Source: an archaeon 13_1_40CM_2_52_13 (lineage in GTDB: Archaea > Thermoproteota > Bathyarchaeia > 40CM-2-53-6). Taken from it: a stretch of 42,617 nt of DNA. The notes below the pieces were generated by a model that saw only the letters and a list, made by a program, of their open reading frames with translations, was not told the origin of the DNA and searched no databases. Location: NCBI GenBank assembly GCA_001919285.1, contig MNHO01000002.1, forward strand, positions 6,588 to 49,204, written 5' to 3'. Shown one piece after another: positions 18,875 to 27,919 of the stretch. A program made the position numbers and the translations under genes. Every line of letters begins with the position of its first letter. The stretch's first letter is position 1.

Positions 18875-19893
18875 TTTGCCGGTATCGCCGGGATTATCGG
18901 GAGCTGGACTTGAACTGTTCGGTCTTGGAACATTGACTCTCTTGAGGCTTCCAGGAGGGCTACTACTCTTGCGCCTAGTATTCCGTCAGACTGGTTCGAG
19001 TACGGTGTCGAATCCTGGTTGTTGCGGATACAGTCGTAGAAGTGGCGTATTTCATCTCCAAGCGTGTTGCTGACCGAGACCGGGATCTCTCGTCTGCCTC
19101 CCTGTAGCTCGAGAGCGAGCTTCTGTTCGACGCAGTCAAGATTCGCTGTCCCCTTGCTTCCAACAACAGTAACTTCTCTTCGCTTATCTCGGTCTAGCCA
19201 GCTGAGCTCTACGTGAGCGATTAGGCCTCCCTTGTAGTCTGCGGTTATGAAAGCTAGTTCTTCATTCTGCTTGGTCCTGTAGCCTCGTCCCTTGCACGCG
19301 AGCTTCTCGGGCCAGGCGTCGACGAGATAGTTGCAGATGTCGAAGGGGTGGGGAGCTAGGTCGGTTATGACCTCCCTCAGTAGTTGAGGGTTCATGAGGG
19401 CCGTCCATCTTAGACGCAGATAGTACACGTCTCCTATGCCTCCGTCGGCGAGGACGCGCTTTAGTTCTCTGACACCGTTGTTAAACCGGTGAATGTGTCC
19501 TACGCAGAGGACTGCTCTGTTCTCATTGGCAAGCCTTACGAGTTCGTATGCTTCCTCGGTCCTCAGGGTGAGAGGCTTCTCGACGAGTACATGTTTGCCT
19601 TGTCGGAGGAATGTTGCGGCTACTTCGAAGTGGGTGCTGTTTGGAGTACAGATATGGACTCCGGTTAGTGACGGGTCCATTGCGAGAGAGTGATAGTCTG
19701 TTCGATATTCGAGGTTTCCGCCAAATTCTCTTTTGCATTGGGTGAGTGATTCTGGAAAGTTGTCCACGATGGAGTGGAGTTGGCTTGAGCCTGTTGCTCG
19801 ACTAATGTCAAGGGTTTCGCGTATTACCTTCTTTCCCCAATAGCCGCCGCCAATAACAGCTATGCGCAGAGGGTTCATTTTTCTTGGAGCCAC
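18871..19893 (-). CDS. Gfo/Idh/MocA family NAD-dependent oxidoreductase (WbpB/WlbA-like)
   Basis: IAVIGGGYWG, ICTPNSTH, HVLVEKP, VGHIHRFN, DLAPH. Confidence 0.92.
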   Translation of the reverse strand: MAPRKMNPLRIAVIGGGYWGKKVIRETLDISRATGSSQLHSIVDNFPESLTQCKREFGGNLEYRTDYHSLAMDPSLTGVHICTPNSTHFEVAATFLRQGKHVLVEKPLTLRTEEAYELVRLANENRAVLCVGHIHRFNNGVRELKRVLADGGIGDVYYLRLRWTALMNPQLLREVITDLAPHPFDICNYLVDAWPEKLACKGRGYRTKQNEELAFITADYKGGLIAHVELSWLDRDKRREVTVVGSKGTANLDCVEQKLALELQGGRREIPVSVSNTLGDEIRHFYDCIRNNQDSTPYSNQSDGILGARVVALLEASRESMFQDRTVQVQLPIIPAIPAK

Positions 19894-20193
19894 GCTTTAG
19901 TTCGAAGATTTCAGACTCGCAGCTTCAAGATTCGGCCTGACCAGAGCATACGATCCCCTACGCATGTCGACGGCTGTGAAGATATCTCGGTCTTGCCTCG
20001 TAATTCCCACCGCGATTATCGTGGCTTCCCCATTCTCTGCTCTTATACTTCTTGGTGAGGGGGGATATTCTGCAACAAATTCATGTCTCAAGATATGTTT
20101 GGATACACCGTGAGATGTGGAGTGGCCCGAGTCCGGAATTGAATAAATAGCTGGCAGGGAAATAGTCTCACACGTGAGCGTTCGAGATCTCTG

Positions 20194-21303
20194 TTGGACA
20201 GTATAACAATCGTGAGCCCGCGCTACCCTCCATATGTTGGAGGAGTAGAGACTCACGTTTCGCAGCTGGCACAACGAGCGACGAAATTCTTCCGACGAGT
20301 CTCCGTAATCACAACAGACCCTCTGGGCAACCTACCTTCAATTCAGAATGTTGATGATTATCTCACAATCTTCAGAATCAAATCCCTTGCCCCCCGGGAG
20401 AACTATCACTTTCCCTCCCCCTCAGGCTTATTCAAAGTGCTCAAACAGTCTCGTCCGCAAGTTCTTCACTTGCACTGCATCCACGACATTCCAGGTCCCA
20501 TCGCGGGGATCATGCGAGGAAACAGCTCACTGATTTTCACTCCCCACTATGTTGGCCGCTTGAACTCAGGGCTGGGACGCATTCTCTTTAGAGCTTACCG
20601 TCCATTCATCAGAGAACTCGTCGCCCACGTTCCAAGAGTAATCTGCATCTCCAGATTCGAGGCTCGTCTGATGACCGACACTTTCCCGGAATCTGCAGGA
20701 AAAGTGGAAATCATCCCGAACGGGATTGCTTCTGACCTCAGAGAGAAGAACCAGTGGCGAGAGCCTGAGGAGCCGACGATTCTCTACGCGGGTAGGTTGG
20801 AGAGATACAAGAACGTCGACAAGGTCATGAGGGCGGTCGCGAAATTGCGGGAGAAGAACGATAGGCTGAGGATGAGAATCGTTGGTAGGGGCCCAGTAAA
20901 GGGCGAGCTCGAAAAGTTATCACACACCCTTGGATTGAACGACGGTGTGGAATGGTACGATAGACTTCCACAGAGGGACCTCTTTCCGCTGTACGCGTCC
21001 AGCACGGCCGTGGTTCTTGCTTCAGAACATGAGAACTGGGGTAATACTGTAGCTGAGGCTATTGGGGTGGGTGTTCCTACGATTGTTGCGAATGCTTCCT
21101 CCCTCGCAGAGTTTGTTGAGGAGGGCCTTGCGGTCCCCGTCGAGCCCCCGATGGACGAGCTGAAGCTTGCAGCGAAGATTGGTGAGGTTATCGATGATCC
21201 GAAGAAATTCTCGCCCAAGGGGAAACAGTCACCCTTAATCATCTCGTGGGATGAGGCGGCCGAAAAGACGTTCGCACCGTGCATGTCGCTAGTCAATTCG
21301 TGA
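20194..21303 (+). CDS. GT4 (GT-B) glycosyltransferase
   Basis: YPPYVGGVE, ILYAGRLERYKN, SEHENWGNTVAEA (ExxxxxxxE), GVPTI. Confidence 0.92.
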   Translation: MDSITIVSPRYPPYVGGVETHVSQLAQRATKFFRRVSVITTDPLGNLPSIQNVDDYLTIFRIKSLAPRENYHFPSPSGLFKVLKQSRPQVLHLHCIHDIPGPIAGIMRGNSSLIFTPHYVGRLNSGLGRILFRAYRPFIRELVAHVPRVICISRFEARLMTDTFPESAGKVEIIPNGIASDLREKNQWREPEEPTILYAGRLERYKNVDKVMRAVAKLREKNDRLRMRIVGRGPVKGELEKLSHTLGLNDGVEWYDRLPQRDLFPLYASSTAVVLASEHENWGNTVAEAIGVGVPTIVANASSLAEFVEEGLAVPVEPPMDELKLAAKIGEVIDDPKKFSPKGKQSPLIISWDEAAEKTFAPCMSLVNS

Positions 21304-21319
21304 CCGGAGAGGTTTCGGA

Positions 21320-22375
21320 ATGAGTTTTCTTGAGGAGGTAGGAATTGTCAAGACAGCCCGCAGAGAGGCCGAATCTGTCCTGCTGGCAAGAGCTGTGATT
21401 AGAAGAGAGCCGATTCATCCGATCAACAAGGAGAGGTTCCTGAAGCTAGCAAAGAACAACAAAGTTACTCTGAGAGCCGCGCCAATTCTCAACGCGCCAG
21501 CAGAGGTTGTTGACGAGGCCAAGACCGAGTTTGCCGAGGCAATGGAGTTGTACGATCTGATGAGTAAAGAGTTCCAGAAGTTGGGTGTATCATTTGTTGT
21601 GATAAAATCCTTCGACTCATTGCCTGACATGGGACACGACCTTGACTTTCTCTTACCTCACTCTTCCGAGTTTGGAGAGGCAAGAGGGATGCTCTTGGAC
21701 AAGTTCAGAGTCAAGCCTCAGCCACTAACACACTGCGACAAGTTGGTGGGAAAGTTCAGCTGCTTCCTCCCAGGCTTCAAACACGACTTCGAATTGTATC
21801 CGACAATCAGCCAGCTCGGCGAGCAGCACGTAGAACCAAACAATATTCTACGGGACCGAAGGATCGAGAAGATCGAGGGCCGGAACGTCTGGGTAACATC
21901 AGACCTGGACCGAGTGCTTATCAGAATAATTCATGCAATGTTCCGCCACAACTTCCTGAAACTATCAGACGTCATAGACTTTGAAGCGTTATCAAGAAAC
22001 TGTTCAACGCAAGAGATTCTCGACGCAGTTGACAAGGCCGATATTGGAGACGCGTTCCTATTCTTCATCGGTGCCATCGATCGATTCTTGAAAGCTTGCG
22101 GCGTTGAGAGCCCGACAATGCGAGATCTGACACAAGCGGGACAGAAGAGGTTCGGAAAGGATCGACTGGGAGTGCTACGGAGAGACAGGCTCGTGCTCCC
22201 GTATAGGATACCAACCGTCGCAATCATACTCATCTTTCTACTCAAAGGAGCGAGAGAAGCATCAAAGGGAAGATGGCGTAGCTCGCTGAGCTGCCTTGTA
22301 ACTCCGCCCCTTCTCTTCCTCGACTTCATCAACGCAGTCTCCCATAACCGACTCTTGGGCAGGAGGATCTGGTAG
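21320..22375 (+). CDS. Nucleotidyltransferase family protein (NTP_transf_5-like)
   Basis: FVVIKS...MGHDLDFL (DxD), a later ELY strand, IHA...LSD helix; hydrophobic C-terminus. Confidence 0.7.
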   Translation: MSFLEEVGIVKTARREAESVLLARAVIRREPIHPINKERFLKLAKNNKVTLRAAPILNAPAEVVDEAKTEFAEAMELYDLMSKEFQKLGVSFVVIKSFDSLPDMGHDLDFLLPHSSEFGEARGMLLDKFRVKPQPLTHCDKLVGKFSCFLPGFKHDFELYPTISQLGEQHVEPNNILRDRRIEKIEGRNVWVTSDLDRVLIRIIHAMFRHNFLKLSDVIDFEALSRNCSTQEILDAVDKADIGDAFLFFIGAIDRFLKACGVESPTMRDLTQAGQKRFGKDRLGVLRRDRLVLPYRIPTVAIILIFLLKGAREASKGRWRSSLSCLVTPPLLFLDFINAVSHNRLLGRRIW

Positions 22376-22376
22376 A

Positions 22377-23000
22377 CTGAAGACCATCATAGTAACCCTC
22401 AGCGGGACCCACGGAACAGGCAAGTCGACGCATGCAGGAAGAACCTACTACCTTCTCAATCATTCGGGACACAAATTCTCTTATCTCAGACATCAAGATC
22501 TTATCGATCCTTTTGGGTTCATCCTGAGAAGAGGAGCCAGGGTCCTTGGTTTCGCCCAGACAAACCAGCTCGAGAGAATGAAGCCTGTTAGGGTTCTCTG
22601 GTCGCTCTACTTTCTATTCGTCTACTGTCCACTGCTTGTCGGCGGAATCAGAATACGGAGAGCGTTGGGGTACAGTGTCGTTGCTGACCGTTATCTCTAC
22701 GATCTGATCGTTGCCTTCTGGGGCAATCAGACCCATGTTCCACTTGAGCATCTGCTCGTCTGGATAATTCCGAGGCCGGACGTGTCGTTCATTCTGGATG
22801 CTGACGAGGAACGTATACTTGCCAATAGGCCCGAGCATACCGCTGAGTTCATTCGGAATGAGAAGAGGCTCTATGACGGAGTTGCCAGGTACTTCGGATT
22901 GGAGAAGATTCGGACAACAACTTCGGCGGCCACGACGTGGAAGCGAATGGTGGCCGAGATCGAAGCGTCCCTCCAACAGGCTTCGTCGAGAAACAACTAG
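22377..23000 (+). CDS. Thymidylate-kinase-like P-loop kinase (CTG start inferred)
   Basis: The frame of ORF 22578..23000 is open upstream to CTG22377 and encodes IIVTLSGTHGTGKST (Walker A). It also has ADRYLYD and PRPDVSFILD. AGGAGG lies at 22361-22366. Confidence 0.82.
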   Translation: MKTIIVTLSGTHGTGKSTHAGRTYYLLNHSGHKFSYLRHQDLIDPFGFILRRGARVLGFAQTNQLERMKPVRVLWSLYFLFVYCPLLVGGIRIRRALGYSVVADRYLYDLIVAFWGNQTHVPLEHLLVWIIPRPDVSFILDADEERILANRPEHTAEFIRNEKRLYDGVARYFGLEKIRTTTSAATTWKRMVAEIEASLQQASSRNN

Positions 23001-23014
23001 CTTGGGTGGTTTTG

Positions 23015-24541
23015 GTGAAGGCGATGATTATTGGGCTCGACGCCGCCTCGCCTCCACTCATCGAGAGATGGATTGACCGTCTCCCCAACCTACGAACTCT
23101 CTATCAATCGGGGACTCATGGAACCCTGTTATCAATAGTTCCTCCCTCCAGCGTTCCTGCGTGGCAGTGTTTTGCGACCGGGAAGAACCCGGCAAAGATC
23201 GGCGTCTGGGGCTTCCTTTCCATCGGGCCGGATCGACGACTGAGACATGGAAAGACGACGGAGGAAATCGGTTGCCTCTGGGATACATGTGGAAAGGCAG
23301 GTCTCAGGGTCGGGGTCTTCAACATTCCCGGAACCTATCCACCCTATCCTGTAAACGGTTTCATGGTATCCGGATTCCCGACACCACCAGGAAAGGATTG
23401 GGCGTATCCGAAGGATCTGATGAAGAGACTAGATCAGACAGTCGACGGCTACGAGATCGATGTTCCGCTCACAAAGCCCTCCGAAATGCGTGGCGGCGAG
23501 GAAGCCTATCTTGCCCAAGTGGAGAGACTCCACACGAAGAGTTTGGAATCGGCAAAACTACTGCTAGAGTGGTTCAAACCAGATCTATTCTTCATGACTC
23601 TGCAAGGCATCGATATGGTCCAACACGATTTCAGCCGATACATGGACAGGCCTGAATCAGAATATTCTAATGTGGTTCGAGACTGGTATATCCGGCTCGA
23701 CCAGGCAGTTGGCGAACTGAGAGAGTTCACAACTCCGGAGACCTACCTGCTCGCTTTGTCAGACCATGGTTCAATGCCGATCACTACATCATTTCACGTC
23801 AACGAATATCTCAAAGCGCAAGGCATTCTGAAAGTCAAGAACCGTTCAGAGAAGAAGAGCCGTGAAATCTATACGCCGTTGCGAAAGATGATCCTCAAGA
23901 CTCTGCCGCCCAACGCGATCAAGGCTGTCTACAGGCTGACTCCTGACAGGATCGCCCACAAACTTACTGTCTCCGCCCAACACGAGAGGACCCTGACTCG
24001 ACTGGTCGATAGCATTGATTGGAGTAACACCAAAGCGTTCTCTACGGGAGGTCCTCAAGCAGCCATCTACATCAACTCCACAAATTACAATGCTGGATCA
24101 CTACAGAACCCCGAACTGCGCGCCGAACTTGTAGAGAATCTGGAGACTATGCTGGGTGAGCTTACTCATCCATCAACCGGCGAAAGGATACGCGCCGTGT
24201 ACCATCGTAGGGAGGACACGTTCCAGGGTCCCTACGCGATGGAGGCTCCGGACCTCGCCGTTGAGTTATTCGGGAAAGACGAAAAGATCCACATCAACAT
24301 TACACTCGGGTCAGGAGAAATCTGGACCTTCGCGCCGCATCTGTCATCCGAGCACGTTCGAGAAGGATTCTGGTGCATGACAGGACCAGGCGTGCCAAAG
24401 AATCTGAGATTAGATGCGAGTATCCTTGATCTGGCTCCGACCCTCCAGAAAATGCTGAGGCTAGAAGTCTCTCAGGACGTTGACGGCAAGATCTTAACCC
24501 AGCTGTTAGGGCAGGCCATCGTAATCCACGCTGAAGACTAG
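23015..24541 (+). CDS. Alkaline phosphatase superfamily protein (type I phosphodiesterase/nucleotide pyrophosphatase-like)
   Basis: IIGLDAA, PPSSVPAW..FATGKNP, IDMVQH, LSDHG, APDL, EH..EG, ILDLAPT. Start at GTG23015 or TTG23012 preferred. Confidence 0.9.
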   Translation: MKAMIIGLDAASPPLIERWIDRLPNLRTLYQSGTHGTLLSIVPPSSVPAWQCFATGKNPAKIGVWGFLSIGPDRRLRHGKTTEEIGCLWDTCGKAGLRVGVFNIPGTYPPYPVNGFMVSGFPTPPGKDWAYPKDLMKRLDQTVDGYEIDVPLTKPSEMRGGEEAYLAQVERLHTKSLESAKLLLEWFKPDLFFMTLQGIDMVQHDFSRYMDRPESEYSNVVRDWYIRLDQAVGELREFTTPETYLLALSDHGSMPITTSFHVNEYLKAQGILKVKNRSEKKSREIYTPLRKMILKTLPPNAIKAVYRLTPDRIAHKLTVSAQHERTLTRLVDSIDWSNTKAFSTGGPQAAIYINSTNYNAGSLQNPELRAELVENLETMLGELTHPSTGERIRAVYHRREDTFQGPYAMEAPDLAVELFGKDEKIHINITLGSGEIWTFAPHLSSEHVREGFWCMTGPGVPKNLRLDASILDLAPTLQKMLRLEVSQDVDGKILTQLLGQAIVIHAED

Positions 24542-24548
24542 CTCTTTT

Positions 24549-25892
24549 TCACGAAGATAGCCCTAGACCAACTCCGAGATAATTGAATCCGTCAAAGTCG
24601 TCCCGCTTGATTATTCTCCGGGCATCGACAATGTTTAGAGTCTTCATATTCGACTTGTAGTCGCTAGGCTTCAATTTTCGGAACTCGTCCCACTCTGTCA
24701 TTACAATGCAACAGTCAGCACCCTTGAGGCAAGAAATAGCATCTTGCATCAGCTCTACCCTATCACCCAGAATCCGACGGGCGTTCTCTACCGCCATCGG
24801 ATCGTAAGCCGAGACCTTGGCACCGTTCTTCAACAACTCGTCAATAACACGTACCGATGCGGCCTCTCTCATATCGTCGGTGCCTTTCTTGAACGCTAGT
24901 CCAAGAACCGCGATTCGACAATTGTCCAAGGACCCCAAGAGTTTCTTCGAAAGATTGACGATCTCTGATGCCTGTCGCTGGTTGACTTCCTCGACAGCGG
25001 TAAGAAGAAGCGGATCATAGTCTTTGGAACGACCGAACGAGATCAGGGCTTGGAGGTCTTTGTGGAAGCAGGACCCACCGTAGCCAGGACCGGCTTTGAG
25101 ATAGAGGGGACCGATTCGAGGATCTAGGCCGATGGCCTTTGCAACCGTCTCTACGTCTGCGTTGGGGACACGTTGGCATATGTTGGCAATGGTGTTGATC
25201 GTGCTTACCCTGGTCGCGAGGAACGCGTTACTGGCGTACTTAATGGTCTCAGCAGTTGTCGGGTCAGTTACAATGGTAGGGACTTTTGATTTTGAGTAGA
25301 TTCGCCTGTAGAGTTTGGTAAGAGTCGTGCTCGACTTGGCATCTGACGCGCCTATTACGATCTTGTCGGGATGGAGGGTTCCATTTATGGCGGATCCTTC
25401 GGCGAGAAACTCGGGGTTGCTAGATAGTCCCAGCTCTGGGCCGCAGACCTTCTCGCTTGACGCTTCAAGGACAGGTCTGACCACGTCGGTTGTGGTTCCT
25501 GGGGTAACTGTGCTCTTAACGACGACGTGATGATAAGCTGGAGATCCTGCGATGGCAGATCCCACATCTTGAGTCGCCTTCTTCACGTAAGTGAGATCGA
25601 TGGATCCATCTTCTCTGCTCGGCGTCCCAACAGTCAAGAAAACTGTGCTTGAATCAGAAACCTGTGATGCATCTGTCGTAAACTCGATTCGTCTCTTTCT
25701 CACCACTGTTTTGAGCATCGGTTGAAGCTGTGGCTCGTGAAATGGTGGGTGTCCCTTCCGAAGTTCTTCGATCCGTTTTTCGTCAACATCTACTCCGATG
25801 ATTCGGATTCCCCTTGATGCCATGACAGTCGCGGTGCAGAGGCCGACGTAGCCTAGACCGACGAAAGAGACCGATTCGGGTTGTCGTCCCAT
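24549..25892 (-). CDS. ugd: UDP-glucose/GDP-mannose dehydrogenase family (UDP-glucose 6-dehydrogenase)
   Basis: GLGYVG, VGTP, KSTV, NPEFLAEG, KYASNAFLA, GYGGSCFHKD, LGLAFK..TDD.RE. Confidence 0.95.
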   Translation of the reverse strand: MGRQPESVSFVGLGYVGLCTATVMASRGIRIIGVDVDEKRIEELRKGHPPFHEPQLQPMLKTVVRKRRIEFTTDASQVSDSSTVFLTVGTPSREDGSIDLTYVKKATQDVGSAIAGSPAYHHVVVKSTVTPGTTTDVVRPVLEASSEKVCGPELGLSSNPEFLAEGSAINGTLHPDKIVIGASDAKSSTTLTKLYRRIYSKSKVPTIVTDPTTAETIKYASNAFLATRVSTINTIANICQRVPNADVETVAKAIGLDPRIGPLYLKAGPGYGGSCFHKDLQALISFGRSKDYDPLLLTAVEEVNQRQASEIVNLSKKLLGSLDNCRIAVLGLAFKKGTDDMREAASVRVIDELLKNGAKVSAYDPMAVENARRILGDRVELMQDAISCLKGADCCIVMTEWDEFRKLKPSDYKSNMKTLNIVDARRIIKRDDFDGFNYLGVGLGLSS

Positions 25893-25913
25893 GCTAGCTC
25901 AGCCGGCGGGGGG

Positions 25914-25921
25914 CTTATATT
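25914..25921. promoter_or_regulatory. TATA-like box in the divergent ugd/galU gap
   Basis: CTTATATT (AATATAAG on the minus strand) lies about 22 nt upstream of the ugd ATG and about 40 nt upstream of the galU GTG. Confidence 0.5.
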
Positions 25922-25961
25922 GTTGAAATTGGTAGAGCGATTAGTACCGGCTGATTGTTGC

Positions 25962-26828
25962 GTGTTAAGGAAAGCAGTTATTCCCGCAGCAGGCTTGGGC
26001 ACAAGGCTTCTGTCCGCTACTAAGGAGCAGCCGAAGGAGATGCTGCCGATTTTCTCCAGAGCAAAGAACGGAGACCTCTGTCTCAAGCCAGTCGTCCAGC
26101 TGGTATTCGAGCAGCTCTACCTTGCCGGCTTTCGCGAATTCTGTTTCATCGTAGGAAGAGAGAAGAGAGCGATAGAGGACCATTTCACGCCTGATTTCTC
26201 TTATGTGTCGATGCTTCAGAGCAAGGGAAAGACTGGTCCCTCGGAGGATCTGAAGTCATTCTATGAGATGATCGAAGGGTCCACTCTAGTCTGGATTAAC
26301 CAGCCGGAGCCTCGGGGTTTTGGAGACGCGGTGTTAAAGGCGAAGACGTTCATTGGAGCTGACAGTTTCTTAGTACACGCGGGCGATACTTACATTCTAT
26401 CTGAGAACTCGAGACACCTCAGGCGCTTGATTGACAGCAGTGAGGGTTCGAAAGCCGACGCGGCCTTCCTAGTTCAGCAAGTTCAAGATCCTCGGCGGTA
26501 TGGGGTTGTAGAGGGCGATAGAGATTCTGCTGGAGTCGTCCGGGTGTCACGCGTTGTGGAGAAACCTCAGAAGCCAGCGTCCAACTTGGCGATAATGCCA
26601 GTCTACGCTTTCCACTCAGTGATTCTGAAAGCGTTGGAAGTTACTCAGACAGGTTTTGGCGGCGAGATCCAGTTGACTGATGGGATTCAAAAGATGGTCG
26701 ACTGGGGGTTAAATGTGCGCGCGGTGGAGTTTGAGAAAAGCGACATTCGTCTGGATATTGGTTCTCCCGAGTTGTACTGGGAGGCCCAGAATCTCTCGTA
26801 CAAGTATTCGAATCCTGCTCCAAAGTAG
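25962..26828 (+). CDS. galU: UTP--glucose-1-phosphate uridylyltransferase-like sugar-phosphate nucleotidyltransferase
   Basis: KAVIPAAGLGTR, PKEMLPI, IEDHF, QPEPRGFGDAV, VVEKP, GEIQLTDGI. GTG25962 avoids overlap with ugd. Confidence 0.88.
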   Translation: MLRKAVIPAAGLGTRLLSATKEQPKEMLPIFSRAKNGDLCLKPVVQLVFEQLYLAGFREFCFIVGREKRAIEDHFTPDFSYVSMLQSKGKTGPSEDLKSFYEMIEGSTLVWINQPEPRGFGDAVLKAKTFIGADSFLVHAGDTYILSENSRHLRRLIDSSEGSKADAAFLVQQVQDPRRYGVVEGDRDSAGVVRVSRVVEKPQKPASNLAIMPVYAFHSVILKALEVTQTGFGGEIQLTDGIQKMVDWGLNVRAVEFEKSDIRLDIGSPELYWEAQNLSYKYSNPAPK

Positions 26829-26834
26829 CTAGCC

Positions 26835-27356
26835 TTACGTTTCCTCTCTAGTCATCCGGCTCAGGATCAGGCTAGCTTCACTCTTCACGTTGGTATTCGT
26901 GTCTACCACGACGAGGCCCTTGGACGGCTGACCGTACAGTACTAGGGAATTGTTGGGGGACTCTACGATGCACGGTAGTGCAAGTAGATCTTCCTCGCCC
27001 TCGACGACAATCAGGGCCTCCTCGTCCTTCATGGCCCGTTTGATTGTCTCCCATGCCTCGAGTGTGATGACTCCGGCTGGATTCTTTACGTGGTAGGTTT
27101 TCTTGACCTTGAGGTTGAATGCTGCTGTGGGTCTTCGCATCGAGATGTGATCGAGTATTCTAAGATCGACTCTGATTCCAGCAACAAGGGTTTCTCGGGA
27201 TACTACGTCCCCAACGGCGACGACCCTTCTAGGATTAGTTTGGCCAATAATCGAGTTCAATTCTGACATTGTCCTTGCGGGACTTCCTGGGAGGAGTCTG
27301 CCGAACGGTTCCTTCAACCTCTGGAGATCAGCTTGGCTTGGTCGCAGTGAGATCAT
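26835..27356 (-). CDS. Archaeal GTP-dependent dephospho-CoA kinase family (DUF359)
   Basis: LKEPFG, VGDVVS, VKNPAGVIT, VEGEEDLLALP, VLYGQP..G. Confidence 0.9.
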   Translation of the reverse strand: MISLRPSQADLQRLKEPFGRLLPGSPARTMSELNSIIGQTNPRRVVAVGDVVSRETLVAGIRVDLRILDHISMRRPTAAFNLKVKKTYHVKNPAGVITLEAWETIKRAMKDEEALIVVEGEEDLLALPCIVESPNNSLVLYGQPSKGLVVVDTNTNVKSEASLILSRMTREET

Positions 27357-27737
27357 CTAATCGTCTCCCTTTGGCGAGTCGACGTTAACGACTGCTGGGC
27401 CGCTACCGACGAGAATGTTTACGACCAATAGCTCGTGGTCCTTGTCTGAATTGATATCTCTGTGAACAAGCCTAGGTGGAACGTGAAAGAAGTCTCCAGG
27501 GTTCAGGTCGGCCGTTTCGTTTCCTTTTAGAAAGTATTCGAGTTGAAGCCTACCCGAGACAATGTACCCGTAGAGGTGGTGCGTCCCGTGATGGTGCCAT
27601 CCGGAGACGACTCCAGGGGCGACTTGTGACTGAGAGACGATAGCATTCTCAGATTCGAAAGCCTTCCTTCGGATGATTCCTTCGGTTGAGTATCCAGCTC
27701 CGAGTTCGGCGCTCCTTACGATGTCGATGCGAGGCAT
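27357..27737 (-). CDS. Cupin domain protein
   Basis: SGWHHHG...YIVSG and PGDFFHVPPRLVHR. Confidence 0.9.
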   Translation of the reverse strand: MPRIDIVRSAELGAGYSTEGIIRRKAFESENAIVSQSQVAPGVVSGWHHHGTHHLYGYIVSGRLQLEYFLKGNETADLNPGDFFHVPPRLVHRDINSDKDHELLVVNILVGSGPAVVNVDSPKGDD

Positions 27738-27919
27738 GATTGCACGGAACGCGGCCTGATACTAAGACCTAGCTACATTTCGAGTCCACCGAATCCCGAA
27801 GGGCTTGAGGTCCAGCTAGGCAAATCAGGATATTTACTCCCCAGTCCTAAGTAATTGTTCGGGAGTGAGAACCAACGCCGCTTCGAAATGCCGATGTTGG
27901 TCAGGTCAAGCTAGCATAC

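Noticed and set aside
19897-20274. 125-aa minus-strand ORF
   Set aside because: It overlaps the GT4 start and fills the divergent promoter region needed by two operons; no motifs.
22937-23014. ORF-track start of the phosphodiesterase
   Set aside because: It overlaps the kinase by 64 bp, and family similarity begins at KAMIIGLD.
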